This document shows positions 16,998 through 17,534 of a stretch of 17,534 nt of DNA, piece by piece. Below the pieces are notes generated by a model. That model saw nothing but the letters and a program-made list of their open reading frames with translations. It ran no database searches and was not told the origin of the DNA. This stretch comes from Snowella sp. (GTDB lineage Bacteria > Cyanobacteriota > Cyanobacteriia > Cyanobacteriales > Microcystaceae). Each line of letters opens with the position of its first letter. Position 1 is the first letter of the stretch. The stretch covers positions 1 to 17,534 of the forward strand of contig JAYKGY010000100.1 of NCBI GenBank assembly GCA_035285545.1, given 5' to 3'. The translations under genes and the position numbers were made by a program.

Positions 16998-17534
16998 ATG
17001 TTTACTAATACTCTTGAACAGGAAGCTTTACTAAATCGTCAAGATTTACAAGGCTCCTTTAGTACTTTGGGTTTAAATCCCTTATCAGATTCGATCGGAA
17101 GACCAACTCAACTATCTTTAAGTTCTGGATTTGAATCCCAATATGTTGATCAAGCTTCAACGGCATTTCGTCCAATAGAGCGTTCTTCAATTCGATCACA
17201 AAGTGTATTTACTGCTACTGACGATTACGCCGGCAATAGCTCAACAACGGGAACTGTTAGCATCGGAGGTTCTACAAATGGGGTTATCAACTTTGGAGGA
17301 GATACGGACTGGTTCCGAGTCAACCTAGTTGCAGGTACAACCTATCAGTTCCGTAATAATCGGACAAGCTTAGCAGACCCATTCTTAAGCTTACGGAATA
17401 GTTCAGGAACGCTGTTAGCCTCTAATGACGATGGTGGTGGTAACCTCAACTCCTTAATTACTTATCGAGCTACCTATACGGGTCTTCACTTTTTAGATGC
17501 TCGTGCTTTTGGTTCCTCGATGACGGGTACCTAT
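16998..17534 (+). CDS. PPC (pre-peptidase C-terminal) domain protein, 5' part only; runs off the window
   Basis: Manual translation gives 179 codons without a stop: MFTNTLEQEALL...DDYAGNSSTTGTVSIGGSTNGVINFGGDTDWFRVNLVAGTTYQF...DPFLSLRNSSGTLLASNDDGGGNLNSLITY...MTGTY; GAGG SD 7 nt upstream. Confidence 0.88.
   Translation, partial: MFTNTLEQEALLNRQDLQGSFSTLGLNPLSDSIGRPTQLSLSSGFESQYVDQASTAFRPIERSSIRSQSVFTATDDYAGNSSTTGTVSIGGSTNGVINFGGDTDWFRVNLVAGTTYQFRNNRTSLADPFLSLRNSSGTLLASNDDGGGNLNSLITYRATYTGLHFLDARAFGSSMTGTY

Overview
Chromosomal window from a cyanobacterium, probably a unicellular Chroococcales type (16 HIP1 GCGATCGC octamers counted by eye, NtcA boxes, cyanobacterial gene set). It is mostly core metabolism: a hypothetical membrane protein, short-type sdhB, alanine/serine-glyoxylate aminotransferase, an orphan HsdR-N-like nuclease, a GH57 glycoside hydrolase, the tocopherol pair hppD and gamma-tocopherol methyltransferase, an ArsC/Spx-family protein, an AT-rich orphan PD-(D/E)xK nuclease, a glnA - ppk2 - glnN cluster, a conserved 72-aa protein, aat, and the 5' part of a PPC-domain protein that the ORF track missed. 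Non-coding signals: a textbook NtcA-activated glnA promoter, an imperfect one for glnN, two intrinsic terminators, a 115-bp IS3-family left-end relic and two decayed GTAG-type REP palindromes. The best novelty candidates are (i) a perfect orphan NtcA palindrome at 8687-8700 overlapping a -10 box, ahead of a possible ~110-nt structured RNA or 26-aa membrane peptide, (ii) both glutamine synthetases flanking a polyphosphate kinase 2 with a poly-Lys N-terminus, and (iii) the solitary nuclease. All product calls come from motif recognition; no searches were run.
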